Source of the DNA: Vicugna vicugna
Lineage: Eukaryota
Assembly (NCBI GenBank): GCA_013265495.1
Contig: MU057795.1
Span: forward strand, 1 to 39,432
Direction of reading: 5' to 3'
DNA length: 39,432 nucleotides
Shown here: positions 1 through 12,000 of the stretch, in pieces
How the letters are laid out: each line of letters starts with the position of its first letter
Position numbering within the stretch: position 1 is the stretch's first letter
The notes under the pieces: generated by a model
Database searches by the model: none
Seen by the model: only the letters and a program-made list of their open reading frames with translations
What the model was told of the DNA's origin: nothing
Made by a program: the position numbers and the translations under genes

Positions 1-3000
1 TGGGTGAACGAAAGTCTCTCCACATGCTCAGATGTGAGGCATACGAATGTGTGAAAACTGTCCTTCACCTACCTTCTTGGGAACAAAGTTTGTCTTCAGT
101 TGCAAACTCCACTCCATACATATATATGGGGAGGTACAAACTGCAAGTCGGTTTTACAGTGAAAACTGCAGGAATATCAAACCGGCACAAGGAAACACAC
201 TGAGAAACCACAGTGAGTGTTTCTCCTGCATCCCGTTCCATTTGTGCTAGAAGAAAGAACTTCTCTCCACATGCTCAGTTCTGAGAGTTAAGCATGTGTG
301 AAAGCCGAGTTTCACCTAGCTTGTTGGGAACAAATAGTTTCTCTTCATTTGCAAACTCCACTTCATATATATATGTGGGGCGGTTCTAGCTCCAAGGCGG
401 GTTTACAGTAAAAACTGCAGGAACTTCAAACCGGCACTAGGAAACACACTGAGAACCAGGAGTGATTGATTCGCTTGCAACGCGTTCCATTTGTGCTAGA
501 TGAACGAATATCTCTCAACATGATCAGTTCTGAGAGTTTAGCGTGTGTGAAAGCCGTACTTCACCTAGCTTGTTGGGATCATAAAGTTTCTCTTCTGTTG
601 CAAACCCCACTCCATACATATATATGGGTAGGTAAAATCTCCAAGTCGGTTTTACTGTGAAAATTCCAGGAACTTCAAACCGGCACGAGGAAACACACTG
701 AGAAAACAGAGTGAGTGTTTCTCCTGCATCCCGTTCCCTTTTTGCTAGATGAACGAAAGTCTTCCTACATGCTCAGTTTTGAGAGATAAGCGTGTGTGAA
801 AGCCGTCCTTCACCTAACTTGTTGGGGACAGAAAGTTTCCCTTCAGTTGCAAATTCCACTCCATACAAATATATGAGGAGTTACAAGCTCCAAGTTGGAT
901 TTACAGTGAAAACTATAGGAACTTAAAACCGGCCCTAGGAAACACACTGAGAAACCAGAGTGAGTGCTTCATCTGCAACCCAATATATTTGTGCTAGATG
1001 AACGAAACTCTTTCCACATGCTGTGTTCTGAGAGTTAAGCGTGTGTGAAAGCCGCCTTCACCTAGCTTGTTGGGAAAACAAATATTCTCTTCATTTGCAA
1101 ACACCAATCCATAAATATATATGGCGAGGAACCAGCTCCAAGTCGGTTTTACAGTGAAAACAGCAGGAACTTCAAACCGGCACTGGTAAACACACTGAGA
1201 AACCAGAGTGAGTGTTTCGTCTGCAACCCGTTTCCTTTGAGCTAGATGAATGAACGTCTCTCCTCATGCTCATTTCTGAGATTTAATAGTGTGTGTAAGC
1301 TATCCTTCACCTAGCTTTTGGGAACACAAAGTTTATCTTCATTTGCAAACTCCACTCCATAAATATATATGTGGGGAGGTACCAACTTCAAGGCGGTTTT
1401 ACAGTGAAAGCTGCTGGAACTTCAAACCGGCACTGGGAAACACACTGAGAAACCAGAGTGAGTGTTTCTCCTGCAATGCGTTTCCTTTGTGCTAGATGAA
1501 CGAACGTCTCTCCACATGCTCATTTCTGAGAGTTAAGCGAGTGTGAAAGTCGTCCTTCACCTAGCTTGTTGGGAACACAAAGTTTCTCTTCAGTTGCAAA
1601 CTCTAAACCATACATATATATGGGGAGGTGCAAGCTCCATGTCAGATTTACAGTGCAAGCTGCAGGAACTTCTAACCGGCACTGGGAACCATACTGAGAA
1701 ACCAGAGTGAGTATTTCTCCTGCAACCCGTTCCAATTGTGCTAGATGAACGAACGTCTCTCCACATGCTCAGTTCTGAGGGTTAAGCATGTGTGAAAGCC
1801 GAGTTTCACCTAGCTTGTTGGGAACAAATAGTTTCTCTACATTTGCAAACTCCACTTCATATATATATGTGGGGCGGTTCTAGCTCCAAGGCGGGTTTAC
1901 AGTAAAAACTGCAGGAAATTCAACCCGGCATTAGGAAACACACTGAGAACCAAGAGTGATTGATTCGCTTGCAACCCATTCCATTTGTGCTAGATGAACG
2001 AATATCTCTCAACATGATCAGTTCTGAGAGTTTAGCGTGTGTGAAAGCCGTACTTCACCTAGCTTGTTGGGAACATAAAGTTTCTCTTCAGTTGCAAAAC
2101 ACTCCATTCATATATATGGGGAGGTACAAGCCCAAAGTCAGTTATACAGTGAAAGCTGCAGGAACTTTAAACCGGCACTGGGAAACATACTGAGAAACCA
2201 GAGTGAGTGTTACGCCTGCAACACGTTTCCTTTTTTCAAGATGAACGAACGTCTCTCCACATGCTCAGTTCTGACAGTTAAGCATGTGTGAAAGCCATCC
2301 TTCACCTAGCTTGTTGGGAACACACAGTTTCTCTTCAGTTGCAAACTCCAGTCCATACATATATATGGGGAGGTACGAGCCCCAAGGCGGGTTTACAGTG
2401 AAAACTGCAGGAACTTCAAACCGGCACTTGGAAACACACATATAAACCAGAGAGAGTGTTCCGCCTGTAAACCATTTCTTTGTGTTAGATGAACGAACGT
2501 CTCTTCACATGCTCAGTTCTGAGAGTTAAGCGTGTGTGAAAGCCGTCTTTTACATAGCTATTTGGGAACACAAAGTTTCTCATCAGTTGCAAACTCCAGT
2601 CCATACATATATATCGGTACGTACCAGCTCCAAGGCGGTATTACAGTGAAAACTGCAGGAACTTCAAACCGGCACTAGGAAACACACTGAGAAACAAGTG
2701 TGAGAGTTTCGCATGAAACACGATTCGTTAGTGCTAGATGAACGAACGTCTCTCCACATGCTGAGTTCTGAGATTTAAGCGTGTGTGATAGCCTTCCTTC
2801 ACATAGCTTGTTGAGAACACAAATTTTCTCTTCAGTTGCAAAATCTAGTCCATACGTATATATGGGGAGGTACAAGCTCCAAGTCGGTTTTACAGTGAAA
2901 ACAGCAGGAACATCAATCCGGCACTAGGAAACACACTGAGAAAACAGAGTGAGTGTTTCTACTGCAACCCGTTCCCTTTGTGCTAGATGAACGAACGTCT

Positions 3001-6000
3001 CTCCACATGCTCAGTTCTGAGAGTTAAGCGTGTGTGAAAGCCGTCCTTCACCTAGCTTGTTGGGAACACAAAGTTTCTCTTCAGTTGCAAACCACTCCAT
3101 ACATATATATGGGGAGGTATAAGCACTAAGTCGAGTTTTCAGTGAAAACAGAAGGAACATCAAACCGGCATTAGGAAACACACTGAGAAACCAGAGTGAG
3201 TGTTTTTCCTGCATCCCGTTCCATTTGTGCTAGATGAACGAACGTCTCTCCACATGCTAGGTTCTAAGAGTTAAGCGTGTTTGAAAGCCGTCCTTCATCT
3301 AGCTTGTTGGGAACAAAAAGATTCTCTTCAGTTGCAAATTCCAATCCATATATATATGTCGGGCGGTACCAAATCCAAGGCGGTTTTACAGTGAAAACTG
3401 CAGGAATTTCAAAACTGCACTAGGAAACACACTGAGAAACAAGTGTGTGTGTTTCGTCTGAAACCCGTTTCCTTTGTGCTAGATGAACGAACGTCTCTCC
3501 ACATAACTCATTTCTGAGATTTAAGCGTGTGTGAAAGCCGTCCTTCACCTAGCTTGTTGGGAACACAAAGTTTCTCTTCAGTTGAAAACTCCAGTCCATA
3601 CATATATATGAGAGGTACCAGCTCAAAGGCGGTTTTACAGGGAAATTGCCGGAATTTCAAACCGGCAGTAGGAAACACACTGAGAAACAAGTGTGAGTGT
3701 TTCGCCTTTAAACCGTTTCCTTTGTGCTAGATGAACGAACGTCTCTCCACATAACTCATTTCTGAGATTTAAGCGTGTGTGAAAGCCGTCCTTCACCTAG
3801 CTTGTTGGGAACACATAGTTTCTGTTCATTTGCAAACCTCTCCATACATATATATGGGGAGGTACAAGCTCCAAGTCGGTTTTACAGTCAAAACAGCAGG
3901 AAATTCAAACCGGCACTAGGAAACACTCTGAGAAACCAAAGTGAGTGTTTTGCCTGCAACCCGTTTCCTTTATGCTAGATGAACGAACGTCTCTCCACAT
4001 GCTCAGTTCTGAGAGTTAAGCGTGTGTGAAAGCCGTCCTTCACCTAGCTTGTTGGGAACACAAAGTTTCTCTTCAGTTGCAAACTCCACTCCATTCATAT
4101 ATATGGGTAGGTACCAGCTCCAAGGCCGTTTTACAGTGAAAACTGCAGGAACTTCAAACCGGCACTAGGAAACACACTGAGAAACCAGAGTGAATGTTTC
4201 GTCTGAAACCCGTTTCTTTGTGCTAGATGAAAGAACGTCTCTCCACATGCTCAGTTCTGAGAGTTAAGCGTGAGTGAAAGCCGAACATCTCGAAGCCTGT
4301 TGGGAACAGAAAGTTTCTCTTCATTTGAAAAATCCAGTCCATACATATATATGGTTAGGTACCAGGTCCAAGGCGGTTTTACAGTGAAAACTTCAGGAAT
4401 TTCAAACCGGCACTAGGAAACACACTGTGAAACAAGTGTGTGTGTTTTGTCTGAAACACGTTTCCTTTGTGCTAGATGAACGAACGTCTATCCACATGCT
4501 CATTTCTGAGATTTAAGCATGTGTGAAAGCCGTCGTTCACCTAGCTTGTTGGGAACACAAAGTTTCTCTTAAGTTGAAAACTCCAGTCCATATATATATA
4601 TGGGAGGTACCAGCTCAAAGGCGGTTTTACAGGGAAAACTGCAGGAATTTTAAACCGGCACTAGGAAACACACTGAGAAACAAGTGTGTGTGTTTCGTCT
4701 GAAACCCGTTTCCTTTGTGCTTGATGAACGAACTTCTATCCACATGCTCTTTTCTGAGATTTAAGCATGTGTGAAAGCCGTCGTTCACCTAGCTTGTTGG
4801 GAATACAAAGTTTCTCTTCAGTTGCAAACCACTCCATACATATATATGGGGAGGTACAAGCTCCAAGTCGGTTTTACAGTGAGAAGAGCAGGAACATCAA
4901 TCCGGAACTAGGAAACACACTGAGAAACCATAGTGAGTGTTTCGCTTGCAACCCGTTTCCTTTTTGCTAGGTGAACGAACGTCTCTCCACATGCTCAGTT
5001 CTGAGATTTAAGCATGTGTGAAAGCCGTCCTTCACCTAGCTTGTTCAGAATACAAAGTTTCTCTTCAGTTGCAAACCACTCCATACATATATATGGGGAG
5101 GTACAAGCTCCAAGTCGGTTTTACAGTGAGAAGAGCAGGAACATCAATCCGGAACTAGGAAACACACTGAGAAACCATAGTGAGTGTTTCGCTTGCAACC
5201 CGTTTCCTTTTTGCTAGGTGAACGAACGTCTCTCCACATGCTCAGTTCTGAGATTTAAGCGTGTGTGGAAGCCGTCCTTCACCTAGCTTCTTGGGAACAA
5301 AAAGTTTCTCTTCAGTTGCAAACTCCACTCCATACATATATATGGGGAGGTACAAGCTCCAAGTCGGTTTTACAGTGAAAACGGCAGGCACTTCAAACCG
5401 GCAATAGGAAACACACTGAGAAACCAATGTGAATGTTTCGTCTGAAACCCGTTTCTTTGTGCTAGATGAAACAACGTCTCTCCACATGCTCAGTTCTGAG
5501 AGTTATGCGTGTGTGAATGTCTTCCTTCACCTAGCTTCTTGGGAACAAAAAGTTTCTCTTCAGTTGCAAACTCCACTCCATACATATATATGGGGATGTA
5601 CAAGTTCCAAGTCAGTTTTACAGTGAAAGCTGCAGGATCTACAAACCGGCACTGGGAAACATACGGAGAAACTAGAGTCAGTACTTCTCCTGCAAACCGT
5701 TCCGTTTGTGCTAGATGAACGAACGACTCTCCACATGCTCACTTCTGAGAGTTAAGTGTGTGTGAAAGCCGTCCTTCACCAAGCTTGTTTGAAAATTAGA
5801 GTCAGTACTTCTCCTGCAAACCGTTCCTTTTGTGCTAGATGAACGAACGACTCTCCACATGCTCACTTCTGAGTGTTAAGTGTGTGTGAAAGCCGTCCTT
5901 CACCTAGCATGTTGCGAACAAATATTTCCCCTTCAATTGCAAAATCCAGTCCATATTTATATATGGTGAGGTACGAGCTCCAAGGCGGTTTTACAGTGAA

Positions 6001-9000
6001 AACTGCAGGAACTTCAAACCGGCACTAGGAAACAAACTGAGAAACCAGAGTGAGTGTTTCGCCTGCAACCCGTTTCATTTTTGCTAGATGAAAGAACGTG
6101 TCTCCACATGCTCAGTTCTGAGATTCAAGCATGTGTGAAAGCCGTCCTTCACCTAGCATGTTGCGAACAAATATTTCCCCTTCAATTGCAAAATCCAGTC
6201 CATATTTATATATGGTGAGGTACGAGCTCCAAGGCGGTTTTACAGTGAAAACTGCAGGAATTTCAAACCGACACTAGGAAACACACTGAGAAACAAGTGT
6301 GAGTTTTTCGCCTGAAATCCGTTTCCTTTGTGCTAGATGTTCGAACGTCTCTCCACATGCTCATTTCTGAGATTTAAGCGTGTGTGAAAGACGTCCTTCA
6401 CCTAGGTTGTTGGGAACACAAAGTTTCTCTTCAGTTGCAAAATCAAGTCCGTACATATATATGGGGAGATACCAGTTCCAAGGCGGTTTTACAGTGAAAT
6501 CTTCAGGAACTACAAACCGGCACTAGGAAACACACTTAGAAACAAGTGTGAATGTTTCGTCTAAAACCCATTTCCTTTGTCCTAGATGAATGAACGTCTC
6601 TCCACATGCTCATTTCTGAGAGTAAAGCGTGTGTGAAAGCCGTCCTTCACCTAGCTTTTTGGGAACAAAAAGGTTCTCTTCAGGTGAAAACTCCACTCCA
6701 TACATATATAAGGGGAGGTAAATGTTCCCAGTCGGTTTCACAGAGAAAACTGCAGGAACTTCAAACCGGCACTAGGAAACACACTCAGAAACCAGAGATA
6801 ATGTTGCACACGCAACCCTTTTCCATTGTGCTAGATGAACGAATGTCTCTCCACATTCTCAGTTCTGAGAGTTAAGCGTGTTTGAAAGCCGTCATTCACT
6901 TAGCTTGTTTGGAAAACAAAGTATCTCTTCAGATGCAAACTCCACTCAATACATATATATGGGGTGGTACAAGCTCCAAGTCGATTTCACAGTGATAACT
7001 GCTGGAACTTCAAACCGGCACTAGGAAACACACTGAGAAACCAGTGTGAATGTTTCGCCTGCAACCCGTTCCCTTTGTGCTAGATGAACGAACGTCTCTC
7101 CACATGCTCAGTTCTGAGAGTTAAGCGTGTGTGAATGCCATCCTTCACCAAGCTTTTTGGGAATACTTAGTTTCTCTTCAGTTGCAAACCAGTAGATACA
7201 TATATATGGGGAGGTACAAGCTCCAAGTCTGTTTTACATTGAAAACTGCGGGAACGTCAAACCGGCAGTAGGAAATACACTGAAAACCAGAGTGTTTGTT
7301 TCCCCTAAAACACGTTCCCTTTATGCTAGATGAACGAACGTCCCTCCACATGCTCATTTCTGAAAGTTAAGCGTGTGTGAATGCCGTTCTTCACATAGCT
7401 TGTTGGGAACACAATGTTTGTCTTCAGTTGCAAACTCCACTCCATAATTATATATATGTTGATGTACAAACTCCTAGTCGGTTTAACAGTGAAAATTGCA
7501 GGAATTTCAAACCGGCACTAATAAACACACTCAGAAAACAGAGAGATTGTTTCGCCTGGAACCCGTTCCCTTTGTGCTAGATGAACGAACGTCTCTCCAC
7601 ATACTCAGTTCTGAGATTTAAGCAAGTGTGAAAGCCGTTCTTCACCTAACTTGTTGTGAACACAATGTTTCTCTTCAGTTGCCAACTCCACTCCATACAT
7701 ATATATGGGGAGGTACAAGCTCCGATTCGAATTTACAGTGAAAATTGCAGAAACTTCAAACCGGCACTCAGAAAAACACTCAGGAACCTGAGTGAAGGTT
7801 GCGCCTGCAACCCGTTTCCATTGTGCTAGATGAACGAACGTCTCTCCACATGCTCAGTTCTGAGAGATAAGTGTGTGTGAAAGCCGTCCTTCACCTAGCT
7901 TGTTGGGAACACAAAGTTTCTTTTCAGTTGCAAACTCCACTCCATACATTTATAAGGGGAGGTACAAGCTCCAAGTCAGTTTTTCATTGAAAGCCTAGGA
8001 ACTTCAAACCGGCACTGGGAGACACACTGAGAAACCAGAGTGAGTGTTTCTCCTGCAACCCGTTTCCTTTTTGCTAGATGAACGAACGTCTCTCCACATG
8101 CGCTGTTCTGAGAGTTTAGCGTGTGTGAAAGTCGTCCTTCACCTAGCTTGTTGGGAACACAAAAAGTTCTGAGAGTTTAGCGTGTGTCAAAGCCGTCCTT
8201 CACCTAGCTTGTTGGGAACACAAAGTTTCTCTTCAGTTGCAAACTCCAATCCATTCATATATATGGGTAGGTACCAGCTCCAAGGCCGTTTTACAGTGAA
8301 AGCTGCAGGAAATTCAAACCGGCACTGGGAAACATACTGAGAAAACAGAGTGAGTATTTCTGCTGCAACCCGTTCCCTTTAAGCTAGATGACCGAACGTC
8401 TCTTCACATGTTCAGTTCTGAGAGTTAACCGTGAGTGAAAGCCGTCCATCACCTAGCTTGTTGGGAACACAAAGTATCTCTTCAGTTGCAAACCACTCCA
8501 TACATATATATGGGGAGGGACAAGCTCCAAGTCGGTTATACAGTGAAAACAGCAGGAAATTCAAACCGGCACTAGGAAACACACTAAGAAACAAGTGAGT
8601 GTTTCGCCTGAAACCCATTTCCTTTGTGCTAGATGAACGAACGTCTCTCCACATGCACATTTCTGATATTTAAGAGTGTGTGAAAGCCGTCCTTCACATA
8701 GCTTGTTGGGAACACAAAGTTTTCTTCAGTTGCAAACTCCACTCCATACATATATATGGGGAGGTACAAGCTCCAAGTCGGTTTTACAGTGAAAACTGCA
8801 GGAACTTCAAACCGGCATTGAGAAACACACTGAGAAACCAGAGTGAGTGTTTCTCCTGCAACCTGTTCCATTTGTGCTAGATGAACGAACGTTTCTCCAC
8901 ATGTTCATTTCTGAGAGTTAAGCATGTGTGAAAGCCGTCCTTCACCTAGCTTGTTGGGAACACAAAGTTTCTCTTCACTTGCAAATCCACTCCGTACATA

Positions 9001-12000
9001 TATATGGGGAGGTACAAGCTCCAAGTCGGGTTTACAGTGATAACTGCAGGAACTTAAAACCGACACTAGGAAAGACACTGAGAAACCAGAGTCAGTGTTT
9101 CTCCTATAACCCGTTCCCTTTGTGCTAGATGAACGAAAGTCTCTCCAGATTCAAAGTTTTGAGAGTTAAGCGTGTGTGAAAGCCGTCCTTCAGCTAGCTT
9201 GTTGGGAACACAAAGTTTCCCTTCATTTGCAAATTCCACCACATATATATATATAGGGAGGTACAAGTTCAAAGTCAGTTTTACAGTGAAAACAGCAGGA
9301 ACTTCAAACCGGCACTAGGAAACACACTGAAATCCAGAGTGAGTGTTTCATCTGCAACCCGTTTCCTTTGTGCTAGATGAATGAACGTATCTCTACATGC
9401 TCATTTCTGAGAGTAAAGCGTGTGTGAAAGCCGTCCTTCACCCAGCTTCTTGGGAACAAAAAGTTCTCTTCAGGTGCAAACTCCACTCCATACATATATA
9501 TGGGGAGGTACAATCTACAAGTCGGTTTTACAGTGAAGACTGCAAGGACTTCAAACCGGCACTAGGAAACACACTGAGAAACCAGAAAGAGTGTTTCTCC
9601 ATTGAGAAACACACTGAGAAACCAGAGTGAGTGTTTCTCCTGCAACCTGTTCCATTTGTGCTAGATGAACGAACGTTTCTCCACATGTTCATTTCTGAGA
9701 GTTAAGCATGTGTGAAAGCCGTCCTTCACCTAGCTTGTTGGGAACACAAAGTTTCTCTTCACTTGCAAATCCACTCCGTACATATATATGGGGAGGTACA
9801 AGCTCCAAGTCGGGTTTACAGTGATAACTGCAGGAACTTAAAACCGACACTAGGAAAGACACTGAGAAACCAGAGTCAGTGTTTCTCCTATAACCCGTTC
9901 CCTTTGTGCTAGATGAACGAAAGTCTCTCCAGATTCAAAGTTTTGAGAGTTAAGCGTGTGTGAAAGCCGTCCTTCAGCTAGCTTGTTGGGAACACAAAGT
10001 TTCCCTTCATTTGCAAATTCCACCACATATATATATATAGGGAGGTACAAGTTCAAAGTCAGTTTTACAGTGAAAACAGCAGGAACTTCAAACCGGCACT
10101 AGGAAACACACTGAAATCCAGAGTGAGTGTTTCATCTGCAACCCGTTTCCTTTGTGCTAGATGAATGAACGTATCTCTACATGCTCATTTCTGAGAGTAA
10201 AGCGTGTGTGAAAGCCGTCCTTCACCCAGCTTCTTGGGAACAAAAAGTTCTCTTCAGGTGCAAACTCCACTCCATACATATATATGGGGAGGTACAATCT
10301 ACAAGTCGGTTTTACAGTGAAGACTGCAAGGACTTCAAACCGGCACTAGGAAACACACTGAGAAACCAGAAAGAGTGTTTCTCCTGCAACCCGTTCCATT
10401 TGTGCTAGATGAACGAACTTTTCTCCACATGCTCAGTTCTGAGAGTTAAGCGTGTGTGAAAGCCGTTCTTCATTTAGCTTGTTGTTACCACAAAATTTCT
10501 CTTCAGTTGCAAACTCCAACCCATACATATATAAGGACAGGTACAAGCTCCAAGTCGGATTTACAATTAAAACTTCAGAAACTTCAAATCGGCACTAGGA
10601 AACACACTGAGAAACCAGAGAGAGTGTTTCGCTTGCAACCATTTTCCTTTTTGCTAGATGAACGAACGCCTCTACAAATGCTCAGTTCTGAGAATTAAAT
10701 GTGTGTGAAACCCGAACTTCACCTAGCTTGTTGGGAACACAAAGATTCTCTTAATTTGATAACTCCAGTCCATATATTTATATGGGGAGGTACCAGCTCC
10801 AAGGCGGTTTTACAGTGAAAACTGCAGGAATTTCAAACCGGCACCAGGAAACACAAGGAGAAACCAGTGTGATTGTTTCGCCTGTAACCCGTTCCCTTTG
10901 TGGTAGATGAATGAACGTCTCTCCACATGCTCAGTTCTGAGAGTTAAGTGTGTGTGAAAGCCGTCCATCACCTATCTTGTTGGGAACACATAGTTTCTCT
11001 TCAGTTGCAAACCACTCTATATATATATATGGGGAGGTATAAGCTCCAAGTCGGTTTTACAGTGAAAACTGCAGGAACTTCAAATCGGCACTAGGAAACA
11101 CACTCAGAAACCAGAGTGAATGTTGAACCTGCAACCCGTTTCCATTGTGCTAGATGAACGAACGTCTCTACACATGCTCACTTTTGAGAGTTAAGCGTGT
11201 GTGAAAGCCGTCCTTCACTTAGCTTGTTGGGTACACAAAGTTTCTCTTCAGTTGCAAACTCCAACCCATACATATATAAGGGGATGTAAAAGCTCCAAGT
11301 CGCTTTTATAGTGAAAAGTGCTGGAAATTTACACTGGCACTAGGAAACACACTGAAAAACCAGAGTGAGTGTTTCCCCTTCAAACAGTTCAATTTGTGCT
11401 AGATGAACGAACGTCTCTCCACATGCTCAGTTCTGATAGATAAGAGTTCGTGAAAGCCGTCGTTCACCTAGCTTGCGGGAACACAAAGTTTGTCTTCAGT
11501 TGCAAACTCCACTCCATACATATATATGGGGAGGTACAAGCTCCAACTCGGTTTTACAGTGAAAAATGCAGAAATAGCTTGTTGGGAACACAAAAATTCC
11601 CTTAAGCTGCAAACTCCACTCCATACATATATATGGGGAGGAACAAGCTCCAATCGGGTTTACAGTGAAAATTTCAGCAACTTCAAAACGGCACTAGGAA
11701 ACACACTGAGAATCCAGAGTGAGTGTTTCTCTTATAACCCGTTCCTTTTTTGCTAGATGAATGAACGTTTCTCCAGATTCTCAGTTCCGAGGGTTAAGCG
11801 TGATTGAAAGCCGTCCTTCACCTAGCTTGTTGGGAACACAAAAATTCCCTTAAGTTGCAAACTCCACTCCATACATATATATGGGTAGGTACAAGCTCCA
11901 AGTTGGTTTTACAGTGTAAACTGCAGGAATTTCAAACCGGCACTAGGAAACACACTGAGAAACAAGTGTGAATGTTTCGCCTGAAACCCGTTTCCTTTGT

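Noticed and set aside
1582..1593. Minus-strand CUGAAGA-GAAAC in most monomers, resembling a hammerhead ribozyme core (known from newt, schistosome and cricket satellites)
   Set aside because: There is no helix II between CUGANGA and the adjacent GAAA. Using the distal GAAACAC..GUGUU hairpin as helix III gives no plausible helix I. An Infernal search with Rfam hammerhead models would be the formal test.
4588..4603. TATA-like (AT)n tract as a promoter element
   Set aside because: It is a short dinucleotide run inside every monomer, with no associated transcription unit evident from the sequence.
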